A stretch of DNA of 62,510 nt from Pseudomonadota bacterium. Its GTDB lineage: Bacteria > Pseudomonadota > Gammaproteobacteria > JAKAQQ01. The stretch spans positions 1 through 62,510 of the forward strand of contig DAHVLZ010000014.1 of the NCBI GenBank assembly GCA_027320085.1, in the 5' to 3' direction. A program made the translations under genes and the position numbers. Of this stretch, positions 50,820 through 61,843 are shown in pieces (position 1 is the first letter of the stretch; each line of letters begins with the position of its first letter). The notes under the pieces are model-generated. The model searched no databases and was not told the DNA's origin. It saw only the letters and a program-made list of their open reading frames with translations.

Positions 50820-52064
50820 ATGAGCAAAAAGCTGATTCAACCCCCTCCGGGTGGCCACAAAATCCGTTATGAAAAGGGGCGCCTCCAGGTCCCGGACGAT
50901 CCCTGGATCGGCTACGTCGAGGGAGACGGAATCGGTGTCGATATCACTCCGGCCTGTCTCCGGATCTGGGATGAGGCTGTGCACAAGGCCTATGGTGGGC
51001 GGCGGAGGATCCACTGGGTTGAACTCTTCCTTGGCGAGAAGGCCGGGAACCGGACGGGGGGGGATTATTTTCCGGCTGAAACGCTTGAATGGATGAAGGA
51101 ACTCTGGGTGTCGATCAAGGGTCCCCTCACCACCCCGGTGGGTGGTGGTTTCCGCTCGCTCAACGTGAGCCTGCGCCAGGCACTTGATCTCTACGCCTGC
51201 GTGAGACCTGTCCGCTACTACCGGGGTGTGCCCTCGCCGCTACGCGAACCGGAAAAAATCGATGTGGTGCTGTTCCGCGAGAATACCGAGGATGTGTATG
51301 CGGGGATCGAGTATGCGGCGGGAAGCCCGGAAAACGAACGGCTGGCCCGTTTTCTCCGGGACGAAATGAAAGCGACCTTCTTCGAGGGTGCGGGACTGGG
51401 GATCAAGCCGATCTCCCGCTTTGGAACCGAGCGACTCGTCCGCCAGGCCCTGACCTATGCGGTGGAGCACGGCCGACGGAGCGTCACGCTCGTCCACAAG
51501 GGGAACATCATGAAATTCACCGAAGGCGCTTTCCGCAACTGGGGCTATGAACTGGCCCAGCGCGAGTTCGGTGACCGGATCGTGACCGAGGAAGATCTCA
51601 TGGGCCGGTACCAGGGCCGGGTTCCGGAGGGCCGGATCGTGATCAAGGACCGGATCGCGGACATCATGTTCCAGATGATGCTGCTCCGGCCGGATGAGTT
51701 CGACGTCATTGCAACCCCGAACCTGAACGGCGATTATCTCTCGGATGCAGTGGCCGCCGAGGTCGGCGGCATGGGCATCGCGCCGGGTGCGAACATCGGG
51801 GATGGCATTGCCGTTTTCGAGGCCACCCACGGCACGGCGCCGAAACATGCCGGGAAAAACATCGTGAACCCCGGCTCTCTCCTTTTTTCCGGGGTCTTGC
51901 TCCTCGAGTACATCGGCTGGCCGGAAGCGGCAGAGCGGATCCAGCGGGCCTACGAAAGGACGCTGGCGGACCGGATTGTGACCTATGATTTTGCACGGCT
52001 CATGACGGAGGCCCATGAGGTCTCGACCAGTGCTTTTGCCGATGCACTGATCGAACGACTGTGA
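50820..52064 (+). CDS. icd: Isocitrate dehydrogenase (probably NADP)
   Basis: [60 protein letters not shown]. Confidence 0.96.
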   Translation: MSKKLIQPPPGGHKIRYEKGRLQVPDDPWIGYVEGDGIGVDITPACLRIWDEAVHKAYGGRRRIHWVELFLGEKAGNRTGGDYFPAETLEWMKELWVSIKGPLTTPVGGGFRSLNVSLRQALDLYACVRPVRYYRGVPSPLREPEKIDVVLFRENTEDVYAGIEYAAGSPENERLARFLRDEMKATFFEGAGLGIKPISRFGTERLVRQALTYAVEHGRRSVTLVHKGNIMKFTEGAFRNWGYELAQREFGDRIVTEEDLMGRYQGRVPEGRIVIKDRIADIMFQMMLLRPDEFDVIATPNLNGDYLSDAVAAEVGGMGIAPGANIGDGIAVFEATHGTAPKHAGKNIVNPGSLLFSGVLLLEYIGWPEAAERIQRAYERTLADRIVTYDFARLMTEAHEVSTSAFADALIERL

Positions 52065-55000
52065 AGAACCCGGCCATGGTCGATTTTGTCTGGCCGGAGG
52101 CTCCGGTCTTCTTCCCGGGAGGCGGGAGGCTCGAGGATCTCTTTCTCACGGACGAGAAAACCCTGCTCGGCTCGTTCATCGAGACCCTTCCGCTGAATCC
52201 GGAGCAGCGCGCTCACGCGCGGATACGGGCACTTCGGTGGGTTCAGGCGGTCCGCGAGCGGAAAAGTGGCTGGCGGCTCGGGATCGAGGATCTGCTCACG
52301 GAGTATGACCTCTCGACCCGGGAGGGAATCGTCCTCATGGGTCTTGCCGAAGCCCTGATCCGCATTCCGGACCGGGCGACCGCGGACCGGTTGATCGAAG
52401 ACAAGATCGGCGGCGCGTCCTGGCAGCGTCACCTCGGTAACAGCGATTCCTGGCTCATCAATGCGGCCAGCTGGGGGCTGCTTTTGACCGGTCGGTTGGT
52501 CAAGCCCGAGGAAGTGGGATCAGTGAGTGGCTGGGAGACGCTTCTGCGCCTCGTGGGCCGTCGAAGTGAGCCTTTGGTCCGGACGGTTCTCCTGCGGGTC
52601 ATGAAGGTGATGGGCAACCAGTTCGTCATGGGAGCCACGATCGAGGAAGCCCTGGATCAGGCCCGGAGGCTCCGTGATGGCCGGCACCGCTTCTCCTTCG
52701 ACATGCTGGGGGAAGCCGCTCTCACCTTTGCCGATGCCGACCGCTATGCGGAAGCCTATGCACAGGCCATCGAGGCCACGGCTCGGGCCCGCAGTGGACC
52801 CGCCGGCATCGACGCTGACAGCATCAGTATCAAGCTCTCGGCCCTCCATCCCCGTTTCGATTTTGCCCAGGCTCAACGGACGCTCGCCGATCTCGCGGAG
52901 CGGGTGACCCGCCTGGCGGTCCAGGCGCGGGATGCCGGAGTCGGACTCACGATCGATGCCGAGGAGGCCCACCGCCTGGAGCTCGGACTCGGTGTCTTCG
53001 AACGGGTCTATCGTTGTCGGGAACTCAACGATTACCCCCTGCTCGGGCTGGCCGTGCAGGCCTATGGCAAGCGGGTGATCCCGCTGGTCGACCTCCTGGG
53101 CGAATGGGCCCGGGAGACCGGGAAAAGCATTCCAGTCCGGCTTGTCAAGGGCGCGTACTGGGACAGTGAGATCAAATGGGCGCAGCAGGAGGGGTTGAGC
53201 GACTACCCGGTCCTGACACGCAAGGCCGCAACCGACGTGTCCTATCTGGCCGCTGCAGCCGGCCTGTTCCGGCACGCAGGACTCTATCCGCAGTTTGCGA
53301 CCCATAATGCATTGACCCTGGCCTCGTTGATTGAACTGGCCGGGTCGCCGTCGTCCTTCGAGTGCCAGCGCCTGTTCGGAATGGGTGAGAACCTCTATGC
53401 GGCGGCCGGCGAGGATCCTGATTTTGAGGCCCCGTGCCGGATCTATGCACCCTGTGGCGCCCACCGCGACCTTCTGCCCTATCTGGTCAGGCGTCTGCTC
53501 GAAAACGGGGCCAACACCTCTTTCGTCCACCGCATTGCGGATCCGCGTGTCCCAGCCGAGTCGATCGTGAGCGATCCGGTCGAGGAGGTACGGGCCACGG
53601 GTGGGTCCCCGCATCCGCGCATCCCCCGGCCCGGGGATCTCTACCTTCCGGAACGGCGGAATTCCCGTGGACTCAACCGGGCCAGCCGGCGGGAATGGGA
53701 AGCGTTGCGTCGTGAAATGCGTGACAGCACCCGGGAGGGGCCGTTTGAGGCACGCCCCCGGATTGGTGATCGCGATGAGGAGGGAGAGCCCCGCTCCATC
53801 ACGAGCCCTGCGGACCGGACCGAAGTCGTGGGGATCGTCTACGAGGCCGGAAAAGAACAGGTCGACCGGGCGGTCCAAGTGGCTCGGAAAGCCCAGCCGG
53901 GGTGGAATCGCCTGCGAGGAGCGGCTCGCGCCGATCTCCTGGACCGGGTTGCCGAGCGTTTCGAGACCGAACGCGGACGCCTTGTCGGTCTTCTGGTGCG
54001 CGAGGCCGGCAAGACCATTCCGGATGCCTGGTCGGAGCTGCGCGAGGCCGTTGATGCGCTGCGGTACTATGCTGCGCGCGCCCGGGCCGAGTTCGAGACA
54101 CCGACCCTGCTGCCGGGACCGACCGGCGAACGCAATGAGCTCTGGCTCGAGGGACGTGGTGTATTCGCCTGCATCAGTCCATGGAATTTCCCGCTCGCTA
54201 TTTTTACGGCACAAATTGCCGGTGCCCTGGCGGCCGGGAATGCCGTCGTGGCCAAGCCGGCCGAGCAGACGCCGCTCGTGGCCGCCCAAGCCGTCCGGCT
54301 GTTCGCGGAATCGGGGTTGCCAGAAGGCGTGCTGGCGCTGCTTCCCGGCGATGGGTCTTCGGTCGGCCAGCCGCTCACCGCCCATCCGGGCCTGGACGGG
54401 GTGGCGTTCACCGGCTCCACCGAGACGGCTTGGCAGATCCAGAAGAGTCTGGTTGGTCGGGGTGGTGCATTGCCGGTTCTGATCGCCGAAACCGGTGGTG
54501 TCAATGCCATGATCGTGGACAGCACCGCCCTCTCCGAACAGGTTGTGATCGATGTTCTCCAATCGGCCTTCCTGTCCGCGGGGCAGCGCTGTTCGGCGCT
54601 CAGAGTGCTGTGCCTGCAGGAGGAGATTGCCGACCGGGTTGTCGGGATGCTCGAGGGCGCACTGGCTACCCTGGTGCTGGGCGATCCCCGCTGGATTGCG
54701 ACCGACATCGGTCCGGTGATCGACGAAGAAGCCCGCGGTCGCCTGCTCGCCCATCGGGAACGGATGCAAGCCCAGGGCCGGATCCGCTACGAAATGCCGC
54801 TTCCCAAAGCCTGTGAGACCGGATGTTTCTTTGCGCCCCTGCTGGTGGAGGTGGATTCGATCGACTCCATTGGGGGTGAGGTATTCGGCCCCATTCTGCA
54901 TGTGCTGCGTTTCCGGGGAGAATCCCTGGATTCGCTTGTCTCAGCCATCAACGAGACCGGATTTGGTCTCACTTTTGGGGTCCATTCTCGGATTGAAAGC

Positions 55001-55249
55001 CGGGTTCAGGAGCTTTTCCGCAAAACCCGCTGTGGCAACAGCTACGTCAACCGGAACATGGTCGGGGCCGTGATTGGCGTCCAACCCTTCGGGGGAAGCG
55101 GGCTGTCCGGAACCGGACCCAAGGCGGGAGGGGCCCATTACCTTCACCGCTTCGCCAGCGAGCGGGTGCTCACCATCAATACCTCGGCAATCGGCGGAAA
55201 TACGACCCTGCTCAACCTGAGTGACCGGGGAGACGAGGGCCCGGGATGA
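52061..55249 (+). CDS. putA: Bifunctional proline dehydrogenase/P5C dehydrogenase
   Basis: [55 protein letters not shown]; no RHH DNA-binding domain. Confidence 0.96.
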   Translation: MKNPAMVDFVWPEAPVFFPGGGRLEDLFLTDEKTLLGSFIETLPLNPEQRAHARIRALRWVQAVRERKSGWRLGIEDLLTEYDLSTREGIVLMGLAEALIRIPDRATADRLIEDKIGGASWQRHLGNSDSWLINAASWGLLLTGRLVKPEEVGSVSGWETLLRLVGRRSEPLVRTVLLRVMKVMGNQFVMGATIEEALDQARRLRDGRHRFSFDMLGEAALTFADADRYAEAYAQAIEATARARSGPAGIDADSISIKLSALHPRFDFAQAQRTLADLAERVTRLAVQARDAGVGLTIDAEEAHRLELGLGVFERVYRCRELNDYPLLGLAVQAYGKRVIPLVDLLGEWARETGKSIPVRLVKGAYWDSEIKWAQQEGLSDYPVLTRKAATDVSYLAAAAGLFRHAGLYPQFATHNALTLASLIELAGSPSSFECQRLFGMGENLYAAAGEDPDFEAPCRIYAPCGAHRDLLPYLVRRLLENGANTSFVHRIADPRVPAESIVSDPVEEVRATGGSPHPRIPRPGDLYLPERRNSRGLNRASRREWEALRREMRDSTREGPFEARPRIGDRDEEGEPRSITSPADRTEVVGIVYEAGKEQVDRAVQVARKAQPGWNRLRGAARADLLDRVAERFETERGRLVGLLVREAGKTIPDAWSELREAVDALRYYAARARAEFETPTLLPGPTGERNELWLEGRGVFACISPWNFPLAIFTAQIAGALAAGNAVVAKPAEQTPLVAAQAVRLFAESGLPEGVLALLPGDGSSVGQPLTAHPGLDGVAFTGSTETAWQIQKSLVGRGGALPVLIAETGGVNAMIVDSTALSEQVVIDVLQSAFLSAGQRCSALRVLCLQEEIADRVVGMLEGALATLVLGDPRWIATDIGPVIDEEARGRLLAHRERMQAQGRIRYEMPLPKACETGCFFAPLLVEVDSIDSIGGEVFGPILHVLRFRGESLDSLVSAINETGFGLTFGVHSRIESRVQELFRKTRCGNSYVNRNMVGAVIGVQPFGGSGLSGTGPKAGGAHYLHRFASERVLTINTSAIGGNTTLLNLSDRGDEGPG

Positions 55250-55287
55250 CCCTTTCCGTGGCCCCATCGATGGACTAGACTAGTTCC

Positions 55288-56652
55288 ATGTATAGCATTT
55301 TCGAGCTGTTTAAAATCGGCATCGGGCCTTCGAGTTCCCATACGGTGGGACCCATGCGGGCGGCCCGTGCCTTTCTCCTGGATCTCGAGAAACGTCCAGA
55401 GTGGGCCCAGATTGGAAGTCTCACGGTCGAGCTCTACGGTTCACTGGCGTTGACCGGCCGTGGGCACGGCACTGACAAGGCCATTCTCCTGGGGCTCGAG
55501 GGAGAGGATCCCGCAGAAGTGGATCCGGATACGATTCCAGGACGTCTCGAACGAATTCGCCGGGAGGAGACGATCCGTCTTCTGGGTGTCCGGGAAATCC
55601 CCTTCATCGAAGCGCAACACCTGATCTTCCGGGGCGATGGTCTTCTTCCACGCCATAGCAATGGCATGCGTTTCACTGCGGTGGGAGCCGATCCGTCCTC
55701 CTCCTTCAGCCGAGATTTTTACTCGATCGGGGGAGGGTTCATCCTGAGAGCCGAGGATCCGGATCCGGCCGCGGGGGGCAGCCTTCCCGAGGCACCCTAC
55801 CCCTACCGTTCCGCAGCCGAGCTTTTGGCGCTGACCCAGCGTCATCGGCTGTCCATCCCCGACCTCGTTCGGGCCAATGAATGCTCGGCTCAGCCTGCGG
55901 CCTCGGTGGAGCAGGGCCTCGACCGGCTCTGGCAGGCCTTCCAATCCTGTGTCACGCGTGGGCTCACCACAGAAGGAACCCTGCCGGGAGGGCTCAAGGT
56001 GGTTCGCCGGGCCCCGCGCCTCTACCAGAGGCTCCGCCAGGGCCCCTCATCCGACGGTTTCGACATCATGGACTGGGTCAATGCCTATGCGCTGGCCGTC
56101 AATGAGGAAAATGCCGCCGGGGGGCGTGTCGTCACGGCCCCGACCAATGGTGCGGCCGGGATCGTTCCTGCGGTTCTGCATTATTACCGTTCCCATGTCA
56201 AAGGGGCCGATGAAGCCGGCGTTCGACGTTTTCTCTTGGCGGCCGGTGGTATCTGCATCCTCTACAAGATCAATGCATCGATTTCGGGTGCGGAGATGGG
56301 ATGCCAGGGCGAAGTGGGTGTGGCCTGTTCAATGGCGGCTGCCGGTCTCACGGCCGCGCTGGGCGGCAGCGATGTCCAGATCGAGCATGCGGCTGAGGTT
56401 GGCATGGAACACAATCTCGGACTGACCTGTGATCCGGTCGGCGGCCTGGTCCAGATCCCCTGTATCGAGCGCAATGCCATCGGTGCCATCAAGGCCATCA
56501 ACGCGCAGCGGCTGGCCTGCGGGGGCAGCGGTGAACACCGGGTTTCCCTGGATCAGGTCATCCAGACCATGCGCCAGACCGGGCTTGACATGCAAAGCCA
56601 GTACAAGGAGACGTCACGCGGGGGGCTTGCGGTCAACGTCGTCGAATGCTGA
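55288..56652 (+). CDS. sdaA: L-serine ammonia-lyase (Fe-S)
   Basis: [52 protein letters not shown]. Confidence 0.96.
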   Translation: MYSIFELFKIGIGPSSSHTVGPMRAARAFLLDLEKRPEWAQIGSLTVELYGSLALTGRGHGTDKAILLGLEGEDPAEVDPDTIPGRLERIRREETIRLLGVREIPFIEAQHLIFRGDGLLPRHSNGMRFTAVGADPSSSFSRDFYSIGGGFILRAEDPDPAAGGSLPEAPYPYRSAAELLALTQRHRLSIPDLVRANECSAQPAASVEQGLDRLWQAFQSCVTRGLTTEGTLPGGLKVVRRAPRLYQRLRQGPSSDGFDIMDWVNAYALAVNEENAAGGRVVTAPTNGAAGIVPAVLHYYRSHVKGADEAGVRRFLLAAGGICILYKINASISGAEMGCQGEVGVACSMAAAGLTAALGGSDVQIEHAAEVGMEHNLGLTCDPVGGLVQIPCIERNAIGAIKAINAQRLACGGSGEHRVSLDQVIQTMRQTGLDMQSQYKETSRGGLAVNVVEC

Positions 56653-56655
56653 GCG

Positions 56656-57261
56656 TCACCGTGTGCGCCGCCCTTTGATTTCCCGCTCGATCCACTGAAT
56701 CAATTGCCGGTTGAACCGGTCGTCAAGAAGGGCAAACCCGCGGATGGCCCCCCCCGCCGAGGGGGCGGTTTTCTCGGTCAGGCGGAAGTCGTGCGAGATC
56801 TGCCAGTCGGCCTGAAGGGGACGATGCAGGATCGCAATGACACCCAGATGGTCATAGGCCTTTTGGGGCGAGAGAAAATCCTGCTCGAAGGTCACCAAGT
56901 GCAGGGTCAGCGTGTAACGGGGGGCGGAGGCGACCTCGAGCTCGGCGAATTCGACCCTGAGGCGGCGCGACATCAGTGACTCGGGCGGTGCCAGCCAGGT
57001 TTTTCCGCCATAACGCCTGAGTTCCTGGGCTTGTCGGTAAAGCAGCCGGTAGTGGATGCTGGTTCCCGCAAGCCAGGGTACGGCCCGGAAACCCAGGAAA
57101 ACGAGCCCGGACAAGGGCGGAGACACGGGTCGTTTGGGCGCCGGACCGAAGTCGTAGGTGGCGGGCACGAGGGCACGGGGTGGCAGAAGGCTGCAGGCGG
57201 CGAAGGAGCCGGCAAGGAGAGGCAGGATGAACAATGGGATGGAGCGGAGGATCGTGCGCAT
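56656..57261 (-). CDS. ABC-type transport auxiliary lipoprotein (PqiC-like)
   Basis: Lipobox FAAC; YDFG, I.YRL.Y, W..PP, FEQ.F; last gene of the Mla-like operon. Confidence 0.75.
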   Translation of the reverse strand: MRTILRSIPLFILPLLAGSFAACSLLPPRALVPATYDFGPAPKRPVSPPLSGLVFLGFRAVPWLAGTSIHYRLLYRQAQELRRYGGKTWLAPPESLMSRRLRVEFAELEVASAPRYTLTLHLVTFEQDFLSPQKAYDHLGVIAILHRPLQADWQISHDFRLTEKTAPSAGGAIRGFALLDDRFNRQLIQWIEREIKGRRTR

Positions 57262-57265
57262 GGGG

Positions 57266-58162
57266 TCAGTGCGGGTGGGAGTGGTTGCGGTGGTGTCCGG
57301 TCGACTCCCGGGCATGCCCGAGGAGCCAGAGTTGGGGGTTGCGGTTCAGGCTGGTACTCAGCCGGGACAAGCTCAGGGAGAGCCCCTTCAGGGAGTCGAG
57401 CGACTGGTCGAGGCGCGGCAGGGTCCTGAAGGCCAGGATCCTGAACAGTGATCGGGTTTCCGCGAGGGAGTGCCTGAGGGACAGGGGAACGCGCTGACTG
57501 TCCGCGAGAAGTTCTTGGGTTGAGCCGAGCAAGGCATTGAGCTTCCGGGTGGTCTCGGGTAGCTCTCGTGCGGCCGCATTGACGTGTCCCTCGATCCGGT
57601 TCAGGATCACGAGATTCCGGTCGAGATTCCCGAGTGTCTGATGTATCCGGCCCACCTCTTTCGGCGAGAGCAGCCGCTTGAGCGCGAGGCTCACAGCGGT
57701 GAGGTTGCGTGCGCTGCGCGCGCCCTGATCCAGGAGGGTCGAGAGAGGGGGGGGTTTGAGGGTGAGGATGCGGGGAAAGGGATGAGGGGCGTGATAGGGG
57801 CCCACCAAAGCCCGGGCCGGCGGTATCAGTGAGATGGCCGCAGCGGAAGAAAACAGGCTGGACGCCAGGCGGGCCGAGGTGCCGGGGACCAGTGGGGTGC
57901 TTTTCTCGATCCGGGCATGAATCAGGATCTCGTTGGGATCCTTGGGGTTGAACCCGAGATGGGTGACCCGCCCGATGGGAAGTCCCCGGTAGAAAACCCG
58001 CGAACCCCGTGCCAGTCCCATGACCGATCCCCGGGTTTCAATGACGAGCGAACGGGTGGCGGGTGCCTTGCCACCCGCGAGCCAGTTTCCTGCAATCAGG
58101 AGACCCACGGCAAGCAGGATCACGAAGAGACCGCTCGCGATGGCGTAGTATCGTTGTTTCAT
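57266..58162 (-). CDS. MCE/MlaD family protein
   Basis: N-terminal TM; SV.GL..GS.V.YRG..IGRV; helical C-terminus ending NPQ..L.G. Confidence 0.85.
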   Translation of the reverse strand: MKQRYYAIASGLFVILLAVGLLIAGNWLAGGKAPATRSLVIETRGSVMGLARGSRVFYRGLPIGRVTHLGFNPKDPNEILIHARIEKSTPLVPGTSARLASSLFSSAAAISLIPPARALVGPYHAPHPFPRILTLKPPPLSTLLDQGARSARNLTAVSLALKRLLSPKEVGRIHQTLGNLDRNLVILNRIEGHVNAAARELPETTRKLNALLGSTQELLADSQRVPLSLRHSLAETRSLFRILAFRTLPRLDQSLDSLKGLSLSLSRLSTSLNRNPQLWLLGHARESTGHHRNHSHPH

Positions 58163-58905
58163 GATGCCCGCTCCCCATCCAGACGGAAAAATGACCGGAT
58201 GCGGGAATCTGCCTTCTGTTTGAGGTCGTGGAGCTGGCCTTGCGCGATGAGGTGGCCATCGCCAACGAGCACGATGCGATGGCACAAGCGCTCAAGTGCG
58301 CGCAGATCGTGGGAAATCATGAGAGCTGTGATCCCCAGGCTTTTCTGGAGATCACCCATGAGGGCGATAAACGCATCGGCCACGATCGGGTCGAGTCCGG
58401 CGGTGGGTTCGTCCAAAAGGAGGAGTTCCGGCTCGGCCACAAGTCCGCGTGCAAGGGCCACCCGGGTGACCATGCCGCCTGAGAGTTCGGATGGCATGCG
58501 CGGCGCATTTTCAGGTGGCAATCCCGCCAGGGAAAGAGCCAGGGAAACCATGGGCTGGATCCAGGCGTCCGAAAAGCCCATCTCCAGGAGGGGAAGGGCC
58601 ACGTTTTCGTAAACATTGAGTGAACTCAAAAGAGCACCGCCCTGAAATAGTACACCGATCCTTTGGCGCAGGCGGCGCTGGGCGGCGGGCGAGAGGAAGG
58701 TCAGCTGTTCGCCAAACAGACGGATACTCCCGCGGACAGGTCGCTTGAGGCCGATCAGATGGCTGAGCAACGTGGTTTTGCCACTTCCGGAAGGCCCTGC
58801 AAGGCCCACAATTTCTCCCGGTTGAACTTCGAAGCAGATATCCTTGAGGACGGGGCGGCCATCATAGTCCACTTCCACGTTCTCAAACGAAACGATGGGG
58901 TCCAT
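58159..58905 (-). CDS. MlaF-like ABC ATPase
   Basis: GPSGSGKT, LFQGGAL, PSELSGGM, LLLDEPTAGLDP, SHD. Confidence 0.93.
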   Translation of the reverse strand: MDPIVSFENVEVDYDGRPVLKDICFEVQPGEIVGLAGPSGSGKTTLLSHLIGLKRPVRGSIRLFGEQLTFLSPAAQRRLRQRIGVLFQGGALLSSLNVYENVALPLLEMGFSDAWIQPMVSLALSLAGLPPENAPRMPSELSGGMVTRVALARGLVAEPELLLLDEPTAGLDPIVADAFIALMGDLQKSLGITALMISHDLRALERLCHRIVLVGDGHLIAQGQLHDLKQKADSRIRSFFRLDGERAS

Positions 58906-58907
58906 GT

Positions 58908-60077
58908 CTAAAACCCGGTGCGGCGGAACAGGACGGCGGCCAGTGCATCCAGGGCAATGACCAGGGTGATCGAAAGGACAACCGAACGCGTCGTTTCCTG
59001 GCCCAGGCTCGCGGCATCCGGTGGGACGTCCCAGCCGAGGCGACAGGCCACGAGTCCGATCAGGAGTCCGAAAAACCCGCCCTTGATGATCCCGAACCAG
59101 AGATTGAAAAGAGGAACGAGCCGGGGCAGCTGCCGGACCAAGGACAGGAAAGAAGCGTGCAGGGTCAGGGCTGCCGCACCGAGTCCGGTGATGATCCCGA
59201 AGAAATCGCTCCAGCCGACAAGCAGGGGTAACAGAATGAGAAGGGCCACGAGTCTCGGGAAGATCAGGCGGTAGAGCGGATCGATCCCCATGGCCCGATA
59301 GGCATCGATCTCGCCCCGGATCCTCATCACGCCGAGTTCAGCCGTGATGGCCGATCCCGAGCGACCGGCCACCAGGACTGCAGCCAGGGTGGGACCCAGT
59401 TCACGCACGATGCTGATCCCGATGATGAAGACCAAAAATCCGCGCAAGGCGAAGCCCTGGAGCTGAAGTGCAGCCAGGTAACTGATGACGATCCCGATCA
59501 GGGATCCGACTATGGCAATGATCCCCAATGCCTTGAAGCCCATCTGGTAGAGATTTCGTGAGATCTCCTGAAAGGGGATCCGGTGCGGTTTGGCCACGCT
59601 GGTTCCGAGCTGCCTCAGGAAGTTCAAGAAGAGAAAGACGATGAGCCCCATCAGGGCCAGGGAGTCGAGCAGGATTCGGCTGATCCAGCGGGCAGGACGG
59701 AGCCAGACCTCGAGCCCATCCTTGACTTTTTGTGGAGAGCAGGGCGGGATCCGCTCCCAGCGGGCAAAGAGGCTCGCTTGGGACGGTGTGAGCTCAAGAT
59801 GAACGGGTGGTGAAGATAGCCAGCCGCGTCGCAGGAGTAGCGCGCCAAAGTGATCCAGGGTCGCACCCATAAGATCCCAGTGACCGGCGGGGTCTTGTGC
59901 ATGAATGAGATGGATCTCCTTTTCCAGGCTGGCGAGGCGCTTGGGATTTTGGAGTCGACGGAGCGTCCAGGCGCCGGAGAGCACGATCCGTGCAGATCCT
60001 CCGGGCATGCCGACCCGCTCGAGGGAGGGGGGGCGCATGTCGTTCCCGCTTCTTGATCGGGGGGCTGGGTCACTCAT
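58908..60077 (-). CDS. MlaE-like ABC permease with N-terminal extension
   Basis: RELGPTLAAVLVAGRSGSAITAELGVM...EIDA..AMG, TT.SVV.SI; start uncertain (60077 or 60038). Confidence 0.92.
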   Translation of the reverse strand: MSDPAPRSRSGNDMRPPSLERVGMPGGSARIVLSGAWTLRRLQNPKRLASLEKEIHLIHAQDPAGHWDLMGATLDHFGALLLRRGWLSSPPVHLELTPSQASLFARWERIPPCSPQKVKDGLEVWLRPARWISRILLDSLALMGLIVFLFLNFLRQLGTSVAKPHRIPFQEISRNLYQMGFKALGIIAIVGSLIGIVISYLAALQLQGFALRGFLVFIIGISIVRELGPTLAAVLVAGRSGSAITAELGVMRIRGEIDAYRAMGIDPLYRLIFPRLVALLILLPLLVGWSDFFGIITGLGAAALTLHASFLSLVRQLPRLVPLFNLWFGIIKGGFFGLLIGLVACRLGWDVPPDAASLGQETTRSVVLSITLVIALDALAAVLFRRTGF

Positions 60078-60401
60078 CGGTACCTCATGATACTGCACCC
60101 CCGGGCGAGCCTGTCCCCGGGTCCGGGCGGTCGTACCGGACCGATGTCCCGGGCATCGAGTGGCCGGAGCCACCCTCTCCAACACGTTCTTCCGACAAAC
60201 CCGTGGTCAGGACACTTGTCTGCGATCGCGATTCGGGGCTTCGTGAGGGCCTGTTTGCGAAGTCCCGCCGGGATATGGATGGTGGGTGTCGAGGTTTGGA
60301 TTCGTTCTCAGGAAGGGATCGATCCAACACCAGGAGACCGGAAAATCCCGTAAAATAAGCCGCACCTGCCGGCGAACCCGCTCCGGCCGAAAAAGCAAAG
60401 T

Positions 60402-60477
60402 GCCGCAGTAACTCAGTTGGTAGAGTAGCTGATTCGTAATCAGCAAGTCGGAGGTTCGAATCCCCCCTGCGGCACCA
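60402..60477 (+). tRNA. tRNA-Thr(CGT)
   Basis: Acceptor GCCGCAG/CTGCGGC + ACCA; D arm ACTC/GAGT; anticodon arm GCTGA-TTCGTAA-TCAGC; T loop GTTCGAATC; 76 nt. Confidence 0.97.
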
Positions 60478-60486
60478 ACTCGATGT

Positions 60487-60668
60487 GGGTCAATACCGGG
60501 CGCAGGGGTGACGGATGATTCCGGGGACAGGGGTCACACCTTGGCCTCGAAGGGATGATCTGTGCATTCGGCCCGATTGGTTTCGTGGTCGAAGAACCCC
60601 AAGTCGTCGTGCATGAAGGACACCCGCCAGAGCGGGTCGGCGATCTCGCGGATTCCGACCTTTACGCC
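60487..60668 (-). pseudogene. IS481-family transposase C-terminal remnant with right end
   Basis: Minus frame 60668-60534 reads GVKVGIREIADPLWRVSFMHDDLGFFDHETNRAECTDHPFEAKV*, then two degenerate repeats (TGACCCCTGTCCCCGG, TCACCCCTGCGCCCGG); absent from the ORF track. Confidence 0.75.
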
Positions 60669-61199
60669 TGGCTCGTGCCGCGATTGCACCGCGTGCCAAC
60701 CGGAAGTCGGCGCTGGTCTCCTGGCTGCTCCTGCAAGCGCAGCTTGGACAGGATTACGCGTGACTTGATCCGTTCCGCGACCGAGGATTCAAGCCAGCAC
60801 TCCAAGGGGTGCTCGCGCTCTGCCGCGACGCTCGGGTAGACGTAGATGGCCGTGGGTTAACGCTGCATCAGAGCAAGCCTGTGGTCCTGTCAAGGCTCCG
60901 GGTGGTTGCGGATAACCCGTTGGAATCATGGAGTTATCCACGGGCACTTTGTGGGACAATCTATAGATTGGGAACCTATGGTCTCAGACCATGTCCATCC
61001 GCATCCTGTGGACGATTCGCGCGTCGACCCGTCCGATCGGCGCGGCGGCCAGCGGCCTTTGAGCTCGCAAGGGCAAGTGTGAATGGATCCGGCCCGAATG
61101 CGCGGCGCAAGCCACGGGCTTTGGCCGTGGGAAGGTTCGGCTATAATCCCCGAGTACTCAGGTCTGTCGGAAACCCGACCCCGCACCGAGGATCCAGCC

Positions 61200-61811
61200 A
61201 TGCGTCGATTCACGTTTCCTGTACTGATGGTCTCCGTGATGTTGTTGTCCGGTTGTGCCTCATCGAGCTCCTACCGAACTCCCGCTGCGAATGCCGAGGT
61301 GCAAAGCGCGCTCCGGGTATTCATGCACGCGGATCCCATGATTGGCCGTTACGTGCGCCACGCTTACGCGTATGCCGTTTTCCCAACCATCGGCAAGGGC
61401 GGCTTCATTTTTGCCGGGGCCCACGGTCTGGGACAGGTTTTCCAGGGCGGGGGTCTGGTCGGAACGGCCAGTGTCACGCAGGTGTCAGTCGGGTTCTTGG
61501 TGGGTGGGGAAGCGTACCGCGAAATCATCTTTTTCATGGATCCCGCAACCTTCAAGCGCTTCACGAGCGGGCAATTCAGCTTTTCCGCAAAAGCCCAGGC
61601 CACCGCCATCACGGCGGGTGCCGGGGCCAGTGCGGGATATGGCGCGGGACAGTACAGTTCCCGTGCCCAAGCTTCGGTCCCGAACCGCGCACACGAGGTC
61701 ATCCGGACCAATCTCCCCTCCCATGGTTATCGGGTCTTCACGATGGTCAAGGGCGGGCTTTATGTTGGCGCGTCGATTGCCGGACAGTCCTTTAGCTACA
61801 CGCCCGGCTGA
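61200..61811 (+). CDS. SYLF/Ysc84-like lipid-binding lipoprotein
   Basis: Lipobox LSGC; AYAVFP.IGKGGF..G..G.G, S.G..VGG....EIIFF, KGGL..GASIAGQ.F; -10 TATAAT near 61142. Confidence 0.85.
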   Translation: MRRFTFPVLMVSVMLLSGCASSSSYRTPAANAEVQSALRVFMHADPMIGRYVRHAYAYAVFPTIGKGGFIFAGAHGLGQVFQGGGLVGTASVTQVSVGFLVGGEAYREIIFFMDPATFKRFTSGQFSFSAKAQATAITAGAGASAGYGAGQYSSRAQASVPNRAHEVIRTNLPSHGYRVFTMVKGGLYVGASIAGQSFSYTPG

Positions 61812-61823
61812 GAACTGAATCCT

Positions 61824-61843
61824 CCCGGGCGATCAAGCCCGGG
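61824..61843. terminator. Hairpin between convergent genes
   Basis: CCCGGGC-gatcaa-GCCCGGG. Confidence 0.35.

Noticed and set aside
52520-54901. 793 aa antisense ORF opposite putA
   Set aside because: Codon-aligned shadow of a high-GC gene; no recognisable motifs.
60900-60945. oriC suggested by DnaA-box-like motifs
   Set aside because: Only two imperfect boxes, no AT-rich unwinding element, no dnaA/gidA context.
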